A DNA stretch of 63,344 nt, filler included, from Choristocarpus tenellus KU-1152 (lineage: Eukaryota; Protista; Phaeophyceae), in the NCBI GenBank assembly GCA_964200185.2. It is 11 parts of 11 records of this genome, joined end to end, with 100 filler letters (N's around TTAATTAATTAA, not from the genome) between each part and the next. Parts side by side here need not be neighbours in the genome. Positions count along the whole stretch, not along the records: positions 26,189 to 30,064 come from CAXNAD020017438.1; positions 30,165 to 38,307 come from CAXNAD020005087.1; positions 38,408 to 43,094 come from CAXNAD020013466.1; 8 more parts are not named here. One strand, 5' to 3'. The stretch's first letter is position 1; every line of letters starts with the position of its first letter. The position numbers and the translations under genes were made by a program. Shown here in pieces: positions 26,881-40,329 of the stretch. The notes under the pieces were generated by a model that did no database searches, was not told the origin of the DNA, and worked only from the letters and a program-made list of their open reading frames with translations.

Positions 26881-27141
26881 TTGAAATATTCCACTCTGGA
26901 CCCGTTGCGTTGGTGCTTTGATGAAAGACGGTGAATAGCTTGGTGTAGATATGCAAAGTTAATAGTACAAGGGGCTTGTGGTCTCGATTCGGCTGACTGA
27001 ATATGTTGGTAAGAGCATTGCAGACTACCATGTGGGATTTGCAACATCCACATGGATAATCAGAAAAGATCATATCCACTTACCATACGTGCCATGTATG
27101 ATATATCAACGGATGATCCAATATCAGGTCCCTATCATACA

Positions 27142-29520
27142 TGTTACAGGCGAATAGCACGAGCATTTCTTCTTGTGTTCCAACGAAGTGCGAGCATTTG
27201 ATACACGCAAATAGCGCAAGCGTTTCTTCTCATGTTTTAGCAAACACGAACATTTGTGACAGAAGTATAGTGCGAGGATTGATCCTCACGTTCTAACAAT
27301 TGCGAACAATATACGATATTAGTAACACATACATAGCCTTATAGAACAAATGATGATTTCATAGAAGATACAGGGTAAGATTTGGAATGCATACGTAACA
27401 TTACAGAAGAAAATGTCAAAGTCCCTAAGAAGTTGCAGAATGAAGGTTTATGATAGGAGTACGTGTAGAGCAGTTGCATAGAAGACAAAAGAAATTGGGT
27501 GGATGATGAAAATAATAAGAGGGCTTTTGGTGAACACTTTGACCCCTCTAATCTCCAGTCCTTACTTTATCTTGAACGAAACTTTGAGTCGAGCTTTGAG
27601 CTAAGCACTGAGTGGAATATCAATAGAGAAGGATACCTGACACCCTACAAACTGTCATCAAGGGCAACGTTCCCATAGCGTCGTTTTAAGGTCGTTGGAT
27701 TTGAGTTGCATAATCTGTGGAGGTGAGTTCTGGGGAGCACGCTGTAACATGGAGGTCCTACCGCCTCTCTTCAAACTGGAGAGAATACTCCGTATTCACC
27801 CCAACACTTAGGATTCTTTGTAGCTTCCTACGCCCGCCTGGATTATTTTCTTTTCCCACTTGGGTTTGTGATTTCATGCGGCGTCTGTGAGGTTTTCGTC
27901 TTAGCCTCGTCGTCTCCGTGGGTGTCATGGCATCTGTGGCTCCGAGGGAACCATCATCCTTCATTGTTGTACAAGGACTGGTCTCTGACCACCACATCAT
28001 CCACCTATAGTCGTAAACGAGTTGTTTTTGACCGCCACATGGTATAGACGTTGCCTAGGTAGTTCTTGCTCGCCCTTCGTACACTCACATTCCCGATCTG
28101 TTTTTCGTGCATCACACTGTTCTTTTATTTCACAGGTTCCGCTGGGAATCAGCGATTTGGAGATGTTCCTGCCCAAGGACAGACTTCGTGAGAACCTTTG
28201 CAGCAGTCGTGATAGCTCAACGTGTTTATGCATGGTGTCCATGTATCAATAACTTCTCCCCTTTCCACATCGAGCTCGTCGAAAACTCTAGTCTGACTTT
28301 CTTAGGACACATAGCGGTCCTTTCAGGTGCTTCGTCTGCAATCGACGTCCCACATATCAAAGGAAAGCTCTTAAAGGTCCGTTGAGACGACGTTATGGCA
28401 ACTGAGTGGGTTCATACTTTGGTGAGAGAATGCACTCTTTTTGGATGGCCAGTCGAAAATCGTGGTAAAGGTTGCCATGTGTTACTTTTTTTTTTAAGAG
28501 AGAGAAAAGTGTGACACGGAAGGCTTGGGCCATAGCCTAGTTTTCCACTAACGAGCGTATACAGTAGACTTGCGGATGCCTCATATATGTAAAGCTCTTT
28601 TGGGGGGGGATATATAGGTGAAGATCAACCCATTGATTTGTATCAACGATACCCAAAGTTCTACCGATACCAAATTATCGTCTGTTCTCTAATATATTAT
28701 ATGTTGTATTTTTTTCTTTACAGATTGGAAGCCAAATCACCCACTAGGATTTTCGCAGAGTAATCTCTTGGGGAACGAGATGGTAAACAGTCGAATTAAA
28801 CCTTAACGGGTTATTGATGATCTCATAAAAGAGTTATCCAATTGAAGCGACCGATTTATCCCAGCCAATCAAAATGCTGCAAAGCCTGCATTGTACAAGG
28901 AGGACTTACATTAATTTGGGTAGATGGTAGATGCGCTCGCTTGCTAGCATGTCACACCCTTCTGCTGCCTCCGCCGAAACCCTGATCGTCAGGCAGAAAC
29001 AGGGACTATATCGCTTCAAGAGGACTTCCATGCACGAATAGGTATCAAGCCAAACTTCACTTTTATACAGAGAGGTTGTCAACTGTGTACTTACAGCCCT
29101 TGCACTGATGCTTCAACCTCTAACACAGAACTCCTCGCCCGCTGTCTGTGCAGCCTTAAATACCCAACCTTCCTCCATTCCTGGCAAACACGGTACCTTG
29201 TTCGTTCCCAAAAATCAATGCATCAAAACCCGTTCGACCAGTCACATCCATTCCCCAGCCTGTGCTTTGATCCCCACTTGCTCTACCCACAGACAAGTCG
29301 AGCATAGAAGTCGCATACGATGGTAGCCTTAATGGATACAAATCTCCAGTATGTAGCAGCGATGCAAGACTCGAAACTTCCTCCACTATCCGCGAGAAGC
29401 CCAACTGAGTCGGACGCCGCAGAGTTGTCTTGAAGTTGCGCCGTGGAGTCGTCTGAGTTTCCATTCATATCATTCCTGTGCAAAATAGGACAATAGTGAG
29501 GTGTACCTTATTTTGTGTAT
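27142..29520 (+). mobile_element. Decayed Ty3/Gypsy-like LTR retrotransposon: 5' LTR 27142-27749, PBS 27750-27763, degraded internal region
   Basis: LTR bounded by TGTTACAG...CTGTAACA. The PBS TGGAGGTCCTACCG is complementary to a tRNA-Gln-type 3' end (GGACCT-CCA). An integrase Zn-finger-like remnant (GTLFVPK..HSPA..RIRW) lies near 29190-29370. Confidence 0.75.
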
Positions 29521-29731
29521 ATGAGATTATTGTGTTGAGTTGAGTCNNNNNNNNNNATAGTACATCCGGATTATGTATGAGATTATGTATTGGTATTTAT
29601 TCTGCATTCTACTTTGAGATAACCGTTGACTTAGATAGGAAGTGTTGAAACCTGAATCGAGAGGCTCATAACCTGTTGAAACCTGAATCGAATGCATTGT
29701 ATATGATACATAGATTACAAAGGAAGAGGAA

Positions 29732-30064
29732 TCATGGTGTTGTAAATTTTTGGAGGAAGGCGGATTTGACATCCATTTGAAATAGGGGCCAGTCATGATA
29801 AGCAGCAAGGGAAAAAATGGTGCGGATGGTACCCAGGCAGGCTACTGGGGCAAAGGCGTTATGAACGTCGATACCTGGGATCTGGGTGTACCCCCTGGCA
29901 ACCAGGCGAGCCTTGCGCTTGAGGATGGTTCCATCTGACTGGCGTTTGGTCTTGAATAGCCACCCTGTGGATATGATGTTGTCTGTGGGGAGGAGGCTTG
30001 CTTCATCCCCCACACTCCAGTTCTTGTTACGCAGGAGTGATCCATACTCCGTACGGATAGCTTG
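29732..30064 (-). mobile_element. Ty1/Copia reverse transcriptase fragment
   Basis: IISTGWLFKTKRQSDGTILKRKARLVARGYTQIPGID..FAPVA..FQMDVKSAFL is the RVT_2 signature. Confidence 0.95.
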
Positions 30065-31470
30065 NNNNNNNNNNNNNNNNNNNNNNNNNNNNNNNNNNNN
30101 NNNNNNNNTTAATTAATTAANNNNNNNNNNNNNNNNNNNNNNNNNNNNNNNNNNNNNNNNNNNNCCCTGATTGCTACGATTGCCACCTCCCACAGGGCCT
30201 ACCCTTCAGGGGGAGCCCTGGGGTGCCCCCCCCCCCCCCCACACACACACAGAGATACACACACTCTGATTTGTTCTGTGGAAGGATATCACTTAGCTAT
30301 TGTACAGATCATCACAGTTGGTATTAAAATGGTGATTTTACATGCAAATTTACACTTCGTCACTATTGTTCTGAATGATGTTAAGGTTCAGAATAGTATG
30401 AATGAAGGGCAAGGGGGAACAAAGCATTGCACACACACACACACACAGTAAGGTAAGGCAGAGTGCCAACAGTTGTGCACCTCCCTGAATGGGGATTGCA
30501 GCACACCCCTGCTTTGTAAACACCTCTCCAGTCACTCTACTTGCAGCAGTATCTGTGCTACAACTGTGGGATATCCTGCTATGATGCAATCCTCCTATAG
30601 TATCAACATCTTATCTATTGATATAGTGCTGTTGCTCAGTGACATGCCTAGTGTACTCCTATTACAACTTCCCAGCAAGATCTACTATTTTGGTGAGGGC
30701 TAGGGCAAAGATATCCAAAGGCTAGTAGAAAAAATATCTTATGCCACTAAAGTCGAAGCAGTCAGCATTGATGGCATCCTATCACCCACGGTAGCTTCTA
30801 CTCTTCACATTTCAATACCGATACCCTTCCCAAGGTATAACCTAAATTGGCATCTATTCTGCTACCAAAGTGTGGACACATACATAGTATGCAACAATGT
30901 AGCACTACTCTATATACAGCACTTCCTTCTGGTTGAGTACAATATAGCCTCCCACTCATATTGCAATGATATGGACAATGTTAATACCAAGGACATAGTG
31001 CAAAGGTACACCACAAACCGTTGTAATACACCGAGATGAAACAGTGGTACAATTGTACGATCCAGTAGTGGGGGAGTAATTTCACTCCTGTGCCATGGAA
31101 GTATGCTCAAAAACACCCACCATAAACAGCAACAGATGGATGCTAAGTCAAACGTGGAGACAGATAACTCTGAGAGAGATTACGTGGCAGTCACCAAAAG
31201 ATCGCGCAAAGTGAATTTCTTGACTTGCTGATCAACTCTACTACAAAACCTGCACAGGTTCAACACAAACTTGGCAGCCAAAAACACATTCCCCGTTTTC
31301 TAATAAGATAGATCACACCAGACACTCCAGAACACCCCAACACCCACACACATGCAAACCACCCCTCAGCTTCAACTATCCTCAAAAAAACAAGCACTCA
31401 ACAGGATGTGCCACTCCTAATAAAGCACACCCCCAACAACACATCAACATGCCCATCCCTGGCTATGCAC

Positions 31471-34400
31471 CTGCTCGTAAGCCACCTCAAGGAAACAACA
31501 TGCTTCTTGAAGCCATGCTATCTCCTCTACGCCTCCCTCCCAGGCCATCACGCTGCTGTTGTAGCCTTGGGTCCTGTGCTCATTGGCCATTCCTGCTACT
31601 GATAAGACACCAAACTTGCCTAAGTATGACGCAATCTCATCTAGACCTCCTGCAATAATTGTATCCAGGTCAAGGTACATTATGCGCCCACACAGTCCAA
31701 TCTCACTGTTAACAATGGTTGACGAAGGTGGTCAGGGTTCAGGAGAGCAAAAGCACAGAGAATAGATTGGGGAGGGGGTGGGGGAGGAGGCATGCAAGGG
31801 GAGGAGTGGAGAGGGTAGGAAGATGGGAGGGGGGGAAGCAGATGCCAGAGCATTGCCTGAATGGTGCCTGTTGTTGGGCTGTAGTCAAGTGAAGAGAGGT
31901 GCAGCTATCACCTGGAGCAAAAGCTGTACCAATAGAAGAACCCTGCCTTCATTCTCTCCATGCCCTCATCTTGCTCCATCGTATGATGCACTACTGAAAA
32001 TTACCAAAAATGGGATACTCTTGACAGTATACAGTAGTGCAGGGGAGGAGATGCATGAAAATAAAACATATATTCCTTTCAGTTGTGGGTGGTTTTTGAA
32101 GGAAAGCAGAGGGAAACTAAAAGAGTTGAACACAAGGCCAGTCACACTAGCCACCCAGCTGGCCAGCTAAAATGCCGGCCAAGCCTGAGAATATATTTAT
32201 TGATTTCCCTCATCAAGCAGAATCAGAACAAATTGTGCGGCAAGTCTCTGAAAACTGAATCTAGTATGATAGTCACAACCTGTCCAATCAACTCTACAGT
32301 GCAACCCTAACCACGGCTGGCCCTGTGCCTGGACTACATATATATATATGTATACCCGTAACAGAAGTATCTGGGTTGTGCCACCGCCTTCCAAATCGGA
32401 ATCGCTTGACCCCAGCATTAAAAATGTTGAAAGTGCGGCATGACATGTTGAACTAACATTCTTCTGTGAGTATACATGGTTACATAATGATCCACACTGT
32501 CTTTAAGAGCAAACACACTAAGGTCTATCCTCATTCAATACACTCACCTGCAAAAAGACACTAAAATATACATCAGGCTCTACAAACGTTTGCATATACA
32601 CACAAAGCACATTGGAGACAGCCCCACACAAGAAATCAAAAATTGAAATCACCTAGAGAACAAGAAGCCTTTATGCCACCACCCTTGCCAAGCTTTATTC
32701 CCCCCTACCCCCAACAGCCTCGCCTCCATATCCACCCCAGCAGTGGCTGCTGCTTCCTCCAATGCCGAAGGGTCATCTGTAAAGCAGACAAACCGGTGCT
32801 TCCTCGCCAAATTACGATGAACCCCCCTTGCCAGGCGTGTCACGTATTCTGTCCCATATTTGTCCCCCCACCTCACACATACCACAGTCAGAACTGACAG
32901 CGGCGAGTCTCCTTCAACCCTCTCCCATCTCCCCATCAATTCTTCCCTTAACTCGCTGCCATAATTGACATTGCTAACGGACTGCCCACTCTGCCCCTGG
33001 GCCAACCCCAGCACACAATCAGTGGTATTACTGGTAACACGATCCAAACCTCTTTCAACTCCAGCCCCAGTACAGGATCTTAACCTAGCCAGCGGCACAG
33101 AACTCCTTTTGGGCCTTAATGCATGTGCCTCAGTAGTGCAGCGAGAGAGTATCCAGTCCCATGAGAAGGTCACCGCCTCTTGTAGCCTGCCGTCCATGCG
33201 CAGGGCTGTGTTGAGATTGTAGAGGGCAGGGGAGCATGACTGGTCTGCTTGCAGAGCCTACATATATTCAAGAAAAGAAATAGTATAAATTATAAAAATA
33301 TGATCAATTGTGTATTTGTGTGAGCTGTAGTGAGATGAGGTTATTATTAATTATGGACAACACAATAAGAGTGTTTGGCTCTTCGTGTTGTTTTACTGGG
33401 AAGCCAATGAATGACCGCTGTTTCCAGCCCTTTCTTCTACAAAGTTTCAATCAATTTAGGATGATATGGCAGGTGTCTATTGAATGTGCTATTGGATCCC
33501 AGTTGACAGAAAATTGAGCATCAGTCGCAATTATCACTTTAAAAAGTGGCTCGATGGTTGGTATGACAGAATGATCTACCCACAGATCGTCTGATCAAGG
33601 GTTCAAAGAAAAGTGTTTGTACGCATGCATGTTCTCGGCCTTGCTTCTCAACAAGTGCAGGCAAGGTCAGGTTAAAATTTCTAGTCTTGATCCCACAAAC
33701 CAATATCCATGAGCTGACCTGTGACACTAGGTAATATACCTCTGTTCCGAACACCAAGCCTTTCTACAATAGTATAGCAGGCAGAATTCTGCAGCCTCTG
33801 CAATTCAAACTTTAGTTGAATTACGTATTTCCTGTGGAACTGTCCGTTACTGCCTTCTGCATTAGGATAGTCAACATAGTCAGTACCCATGGATCGTCTA
33901 ATGCTTTGCGCTTACTCATAACAATCATCTCAGGGAAAACCTGATTATGACATATTTTAATTGCGCACAGTGCAAGGTGTGTGTTACCATTGTATGTGTA
34001 CAACATTTTGGACGCGTAAACACTTTAGGAAGAACAAAGTCGTCGACCATCTGGAAGTGGGCGAGACCTCCTTCAATCTTTCAAGCGACACTACACCATC
34101 TATTGCGACCAATATCTGGCTCCAATCTAATGGAGAAATTTTGTCTTCCCAGAAGACAGCATATTACTGGTAGTAGTGAGAGGCGATGTGTAAAGTGGTC
34201 TCACCGATCAACACAAACACAGATCTGGATTGCGGTCCCCCCCACCCCTCATCTACTCCAGCAAAAATCTCACACGATAGCAAAGAGCACTCGCACGCTT
34301 TCCATCCCCAAGTTGGATCAGGAGACCAGAAGCGTTGGCAGCTGCGGAGGCCATAGTTGGGTCCAGGGAGAAAGCTTGTTCGAAATACTCAAGGGCAGCT

Positions 34401-34685
34401 GGCGCTTCTCCCATTTCATGCAGACATAAAGCCAGTTGCGCATGTGCACGAGCATCAGATGGCCTGTGAGTGCATAGAGAGGACGTCGGTCGCGAAAGAG
34501 TAGAAAGCAAAATCTCTGTTCAGGGATACTACTGAAGTATCCCTCCCTACAGAGGCCCTACCTCACCTCTGTTGAAGGTATCTGAGATAGGCTCTCTTGG
34601 CCAATTTGTATCTTCCCGCTCGTGCAGCAAGCGATGCAAAGCGGAAGACATGATCCGGGGCCTCAGGGTCTCTGTGTCTTTCCAT
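31471..34685 (-). CDS. TPR-repeat protein fused to a GT-A-fold glycosyltransferase-like domain, 3'-partial; exons 34685-34567, 34463-34274, 33257-32653, 31705-31471
   Basis: Phase-consistent GT-AG exons give TPR helices (ARAHAQLALCLHEMGEAPAALEYFEQAFSLDP; ALYNLNTALRMDGRLQEA). These are followed by VCVRWGDKYGTEYVTRLARGVHRNLARKHRFVCFTDD, GWWHKGFLF, YLDLD (DxD) and YNSSVMAW. No terminal exon was found before the contig end at 30165. Confidence 0.82.
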
Positions 34686-35747
34686 CAATTGTCGTGCTGG
34701 TTTACTGTAATGGTAGGACTAGGTGAGGTGAGACGTTGACAACAAATTACAAACTACAAATTACATTTCTCACAGTACTCTATTTTAAATATCCATGTAC
34801 ATACATATATATATATAATATATATTCATCTGGCATCATAATTGAAATATCTAGTACCTACAAGTATCAATTAGTAAGGGAGATTAGTGGTGAAGGAAGG
34901 ATCACAATAACTGTTCTCGACTACTGATCTGGTATCCTTAGGTTGTACCACGTTACACGTTCGTTACACAACTGGAGATCTAATTGCGGACATACAAATA
35001 CCTCACACTATCTGTCCCTAAAGAAGCTTAACACCTCCAACACTACTACCTAATATACACCCCACATCACATATTATAGTAGTCTAAAGATGGTATCACT
35101 CCACCATACATATTGCTCCGATATCAATGGAAGGCTAGCCCTCACATATTTGTTTTGGTCTGACTCCGCTTTGCTACTGCTAGCGAATTGAGGCAATCAT
35201 GTGGAGGTAAATGTTCGGTTGTTTTTTGTGTTTTTCATTTATTCCACCCATTCTATTGTTAGTAGAAATAAATGCAACCTCTTTCAACAACAAAAAAAGG
35301 GTTCCAAAACCCTCTCGTAATAAACTCTATTCTTCCACGAAACTATTGTGTGTCGATGTAATCAACTACGGCGTAGCCAGTGGAAGCAGCATAAAGACCA
35401 CTCCAAATAATTATCTCTTTCGAGAGTCTATTTTGCAGGAAATGAAGACTGGATTTTTATGGTTTGGGAATTCTGTTGACCTTGAAGCTTGTCTGGAGTC
35501 AGTCGTCTCTCCATTGCCGTTCTGAAATTTCCTTGAATTTTGAGTGAATCATCAATTATCTATGAATGTGTCTGCTCATTGCCTAGTGCCTCCATCATCT
35601 GGAAGTTGAATGGGGTTTTTTCTGCAATCAATACATACTAAAATGCAGCTAGCGACATCCATACCATTAGGAATCTACAAGATGTCTTTCTCATATTATT
35701 CTGGGCGATGTGCAATGGTCCCCTGCCATACTTTCTTCGGCTAATTG

Positions 35748-36282
35748 GGCCCTTAGTGTCCTAGTGCAGGGTTCAGACGTCCATTCGGGGCCTTTGTGAC
35801 TCTGTAGTGATTTTCATGTCATTTGAGTGAAGGTGTCAAATGTATGGGCAATTTCCTTCATCTGGGTACACCTTCTTTTCCTTCCCCCTCCGTGGACCAA
35901 ATCTGAAGAAAAATCACGACGAAAACAGACATGAAACTGAGGTTTTTGAGGTAAGGAAACGATTTGTACCCAAATTTTTGACTGTTTTGCATTTTAAGTC
36001 TGTTTTTCGATCTTTTGCGATTCACCCATATATTTCTATGCATGTTCTAAGTTCGACTTCAGAGCATTTATTTCCCTATTGCTTGAAAATTTTCCGACAC
36101 AATTCAAAAAATATCGTATAAGCATTATTTGTTATAATAGACGAATTTCGCACATACTTGTCAGCATCCTTAAACTTTAACCCTGGGTACCTCTCGTTTA
36201 GTTTTACTCTTACAATACCTCATTAAGCCCCGAAAGGACGAAAAGGGCTAAAGTCCCCCCACCCTCTAAGATGTTATGGGCC
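35748..36282. mobile_element. MITE family D (about 535 bp) containing a family C terminus at about 36183-36209
   Basis: Imperfect TIRs GGCCCTTAGTGTCCTAG / CTAAGATGTTATGGGCC; flanks ATTG/ATTA. The left 160 bp is homologous to 51294-51457. Confidence 0.6.
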
Positions 36283-38407
36283 ATTAGGAATAGAAAGGTT
36301 TGAGAGTTTTGGGGGTTGGGGATTTAGGGGTTAGGGAGTCTTGAAGGTTTTACTGTAAGTAAACTGTAGTTGTCGTGAGGCAGGGTCCAATCAGTTGTTG
36401 TGGGGGGTGTTCAGAATCACTAGTTGTGTCACGGTGGGGTGCTTCCAGCAAACCCAAAGGTCTCTCGGTCATCAAATCTTAGGACAAGTTTTGATGGGGT
36501 CTCAGATCCAACGGGTGATATCACATCTTTGTGATCATTCAACCGTAAGTGCTCTGAGGGTCCTCAACTTTTTCTTTGTTTCATGTTGGTGGGAAAGTCA
36601 CCAATGACCAAGAAATGTGCGCGCAATGCACTTGTGTGTGCCCGCGGATGTGTATCTGGACTGAGATCAGCTCCCAAAGGGACCTGTCCGTTACATAGTT
36701 ACACTTTCCAATTTCAAGCATATGTGTTTCCTTTTGATGCCTACACAACAAGGACACAAATGCACACATATAAGAAAGTGGAATACCGATATTTTTGTTC
36801 GTACTCTATCAAATATTGATTTGTAGTCAAGAGTTTTGATATAGGAAAATAATTAGTTGCTGGATTTACTAAATTTCCACTGGAGAAGTAAAAATGTGGA
36901 GTGGTAAACCCCGAATTTGCGCACATTTTTACTAAAACAAACTGATGGCCCCAACATAAGGGAGTAGGTAAGCAATTCAGAGATAGAGCACATATAGTCT
37001 CCTCTGCTTACAAATCAGGTGAAAAAAAATATTCAAGTATTGATTTGTAACTTCTGGATTGTCCCTTTTTCTGCAATCAACCTGCATATTCTACAACAGA
37101 GTGCGGAAGATTGTCAAGTTCAACGACCCTACATCAGGTACACTTGCAAGGACGAACGCCACACCGAAAGATAACTAATGCAAAATACCTTCACTCAGCG
37201 AATTTGACTAACCACAACTTACAAGATTACCCAAACGTTCAACCCTGCAAACCTCTGAACCAAAACTATTACTTCACAACACAGTTTCTAAATGAGCCGT
37301 AATTTACATTGCTTAGTGTATGCAGAAATGATCATCGGCATCTAATTCAAAATCGCAACACCGATCCTTCAACTTCAACGTCCTTTCAGTCCATACCTGT
37401 ACACTACCTCTGGAATTGTATTGAATCTGCTTTTTTGTGACGTACTGGATATCAAATCAGGAAGGGGAAGTTACAGAGTGAAGGCATCTTCTTGGTCAAC
37501 TGGTATTGTGTAATAAATTCCTACTAGTGTGAACCTCACCACTCTTACTTTTTAGTCATTAAGATCCTGTCCCTTCTGAATTTCTTTTCAACGTTTGGAA
37601 CACTATATCAAAAGTTTTGGTGGGTAATGCCGAGCCACTAACTCTTGAAAACTCCATACTGCCGCCCACTAATAACCTGCAGATTGAAGGAGTGGTATCA
37701 CATCATGATAATTCGCAAAAGTGGTGTAACTCATTCATCATAAACCGTCAACATATCCTTGTGTGATCACACCATACTTCTCCCTAAGCCAAAACCTTCT
37801 TTGAACCTCTGGACAAATTCATCTTCTTCGGAGGAAAAACCTTTGCACCTCATTTGCACAAACGACTCCAGCACGCATAGCAGAGAAATCGTCAAGGCCG
37901 GAGCAGTCCAGGTAACCAGCACCAAATGATGAACCAATTCTATGCTGGTTAAGAAGGAAGTTATGTAGATAGGATATTTGAAAGAGACACTGTGATATTT
38001 GTTTGTCAAGTTCAATAGAATGTTATGGGGCATTTCGATATTCTGGTAGTCTACTGTCTAATTCAGACATTCGTTCTCATCCAGAAATGGAGGAAGCTGC
38101 TTAGAAGTTGCCTAAACACTAACCCTAACCCTACACACCAATAATTAATCACTCCGCAATGTTCCAACCATCACGCCAACTTGGTGTCTTACACTATGCA
38201 AGTGGCAACATATGAGACTCCGGATATTGTTTCTATACTCTTTGGTGTAGGTAGCATATACGGAATGCTTGAAGTATCTGGGGGGGGGGGGGGGGGCAAC
38301 AGGGGGGNNNNNNNNNNNNNNNNNNNNNNNNNNNNNNNNNNNNNNNNNNNNTTAATTAATTAANNNNNNNNNNNNNNNNNNNNNNNNNNNNNNNNNNNNN
38401 NNNNNNN

Positions 38408-39785
38408 CTTAACTAGTGCGAGCAGTATACACGAGTGGGGAACCCCAAAAGGGGGAACTCCGATTTGCCTAAAAGTTGCAGAATAACCCGTAACTCGGGT
38501 AGTTGCAGAGGGTCATGAATGAATGGTCGGAAAGGGTTCTGAGATACATACCAGTATTTACGAACCTGAAAACCCCCCTAACACGCATATGATTATTAGA
38601 TTTCCTAAAAACGGCTCAAAATGGCTCAGTTATTCTGACCTAACTGTGAAACCCACATAAGGCACTTTTAACTGATGCAAAACTTTATATATATTTTATA
38701 CTGATTGAATCAATTAAGAGTACCCCTATTCCGCTGAGCTGACGTTCGATAATCTGGGAATTGGACCTGACTTGTACATCCTGGAAAGGTGAGCATTGAG
38801 AGGCACCTGTAACATGGAGGTCCTACTGCCTCTCTTCAAACTGGAGGGATTACTCCTTGTTCACCCTAACATTTAGGATTGTTTTCTAGTTCCACCTGGG
38901 TTGGTTTCTGATCCTACCCTGGGTTTGTTGTCTTCATTCGTCATCTGCAGGATTTCCTCCCTGGACTAGTGGTCTCCTTGGGTCTGAGGGCTTATGTGGC
39001 TATGAGGGAATCACCCCTCTCTAGTCGTATAACGAGTGGCCTCTGATCACCACATCACTTGCCTATAGTCATAGAATGAGTGTGGTCTTTGATCACCAAG
39101 GCCGAGACATTGCCTAGGTAGTCAATTGTCCCACGTTCCTTTACTCGCATATTGTTGCTCGCTTTTGGTTGCCATCTTACTCTTTACTTCCCAGGTCGAT
39201 TGACATGTCTGGCTCACAGCATTCGCACGAAGCTGAGGTCGTCTCCAATATACAGAGCCTCCAAGGAATCGATGATGCCGACAGACGCCAGCCCAGTACC
39301 ACAACTCAAGGCAATTCTGGTCACAACTGTGCCCACACTGCTGGACGTCGAGACAGACGCAGAGAGCACGTTCGTTTTCGGTCTTCCGCTCGTGGCAGAT
39401 CCTGCCCCAGGTTGAGATCCTGGGACAGGCTCTCTCACCGGGACGGACGGGAGGCCAGAGAAGAGCACAGAGGTCGCACTCGTTCACCACGTCGTAACCG
39501 TTGGACCAGTGATTATTATTCTTCACACAGGTCTGTATCACCCAGACCATCTCGAAGGAATAGCCTGAGTACGGTACATCAGTTCAGAGAGGTTGAGGCA
39601 GAGTTGCAAAGGGAAATTCATGAGTTACGTGCACGAGCTGAGTCGCATGAGTCACAACCCGATAGATAAGAGCACAACCTCGACATGCGTTATCATCAGG
39701 ATTGTGTTAAAAGCATGGAACGCTTTCATAGGAAACTCAGAGACCCTGCTAAAGGCCCCGTCTTTCTTGGAGTACTTGCAGATAA
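38408..39785 (+). mobile_element. 5' end of an LTR retrotransposon: LTR 3' part to 38814, PBS from 38815, leader and Arg/Ser-rich gag-like ORF (39169-39669)
   Basis: CTGTAACA|TGGAGGTCCTACTG junction and a leader homologous to 27750-28100; the ORF has an RS-rich then coiled-coil composition. Confidence 0.75.
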
Positions 39786-39962
39786 GGCTCAAAGTATCTG
39801 GGGCGGGTGGCGGCTGTCCATTTGGGGGCAATTTTTCATGTCGCGATTTTTGGGTGATTTACTTGCATATATCGGATGGATAATGAAAGTGCACTTTTCC
39901 TGGTTTTGGTCCAAATGGACACTCTGGTGTAGAGCCCCCCCCCCTCCCAGATGCTTTGGGTC
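39786..39962. mobile_element. MITE family A inserted into a gag-like region, 3-bp TSD TAA
   Basis: TAA|GGCTCAAAGTATCTGG ... CAGATGCTTTGGGTC|TAA. Confidence 0.9.
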
Positions 39963-40329
39963 TAAGATAGATTGAAGGCATAGCAGCAGTGTACACATCA
40001 CATTGAAATTACAGGCTTTTATTGGAGTGTTATAGTATAATAGGTGGTAGTCAAATAGGAAATAGATTTTGCAGAGATATCTTTCACATTTACGACGACT
40101 GGTACTTTTACAGGGGTCCTTATGATGTGGGTTTGACATATATTATTATGCCCTCTGACATTTTACAGATTTGTGTGGGAAAAACCAAAACTATGTTACA
40201 AGGACTACTATAAAATATCAGTTATCAATCATAAGACACAGAAAGTATTATTTGTTTGTCGTATTTAATGTATTTCCCCTCAAATTATTGTTTGAAAACG
40301 TAATTCCTATTGTTTATTTTGTTTGGCAG

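Noticed and set aside
35150-35740. Possible Helitron or other transposon coding remnant (also 37300-38100 and 2850-3480)
   Set aside because: Coding-like fragments only; no diagnostic motif I can support.
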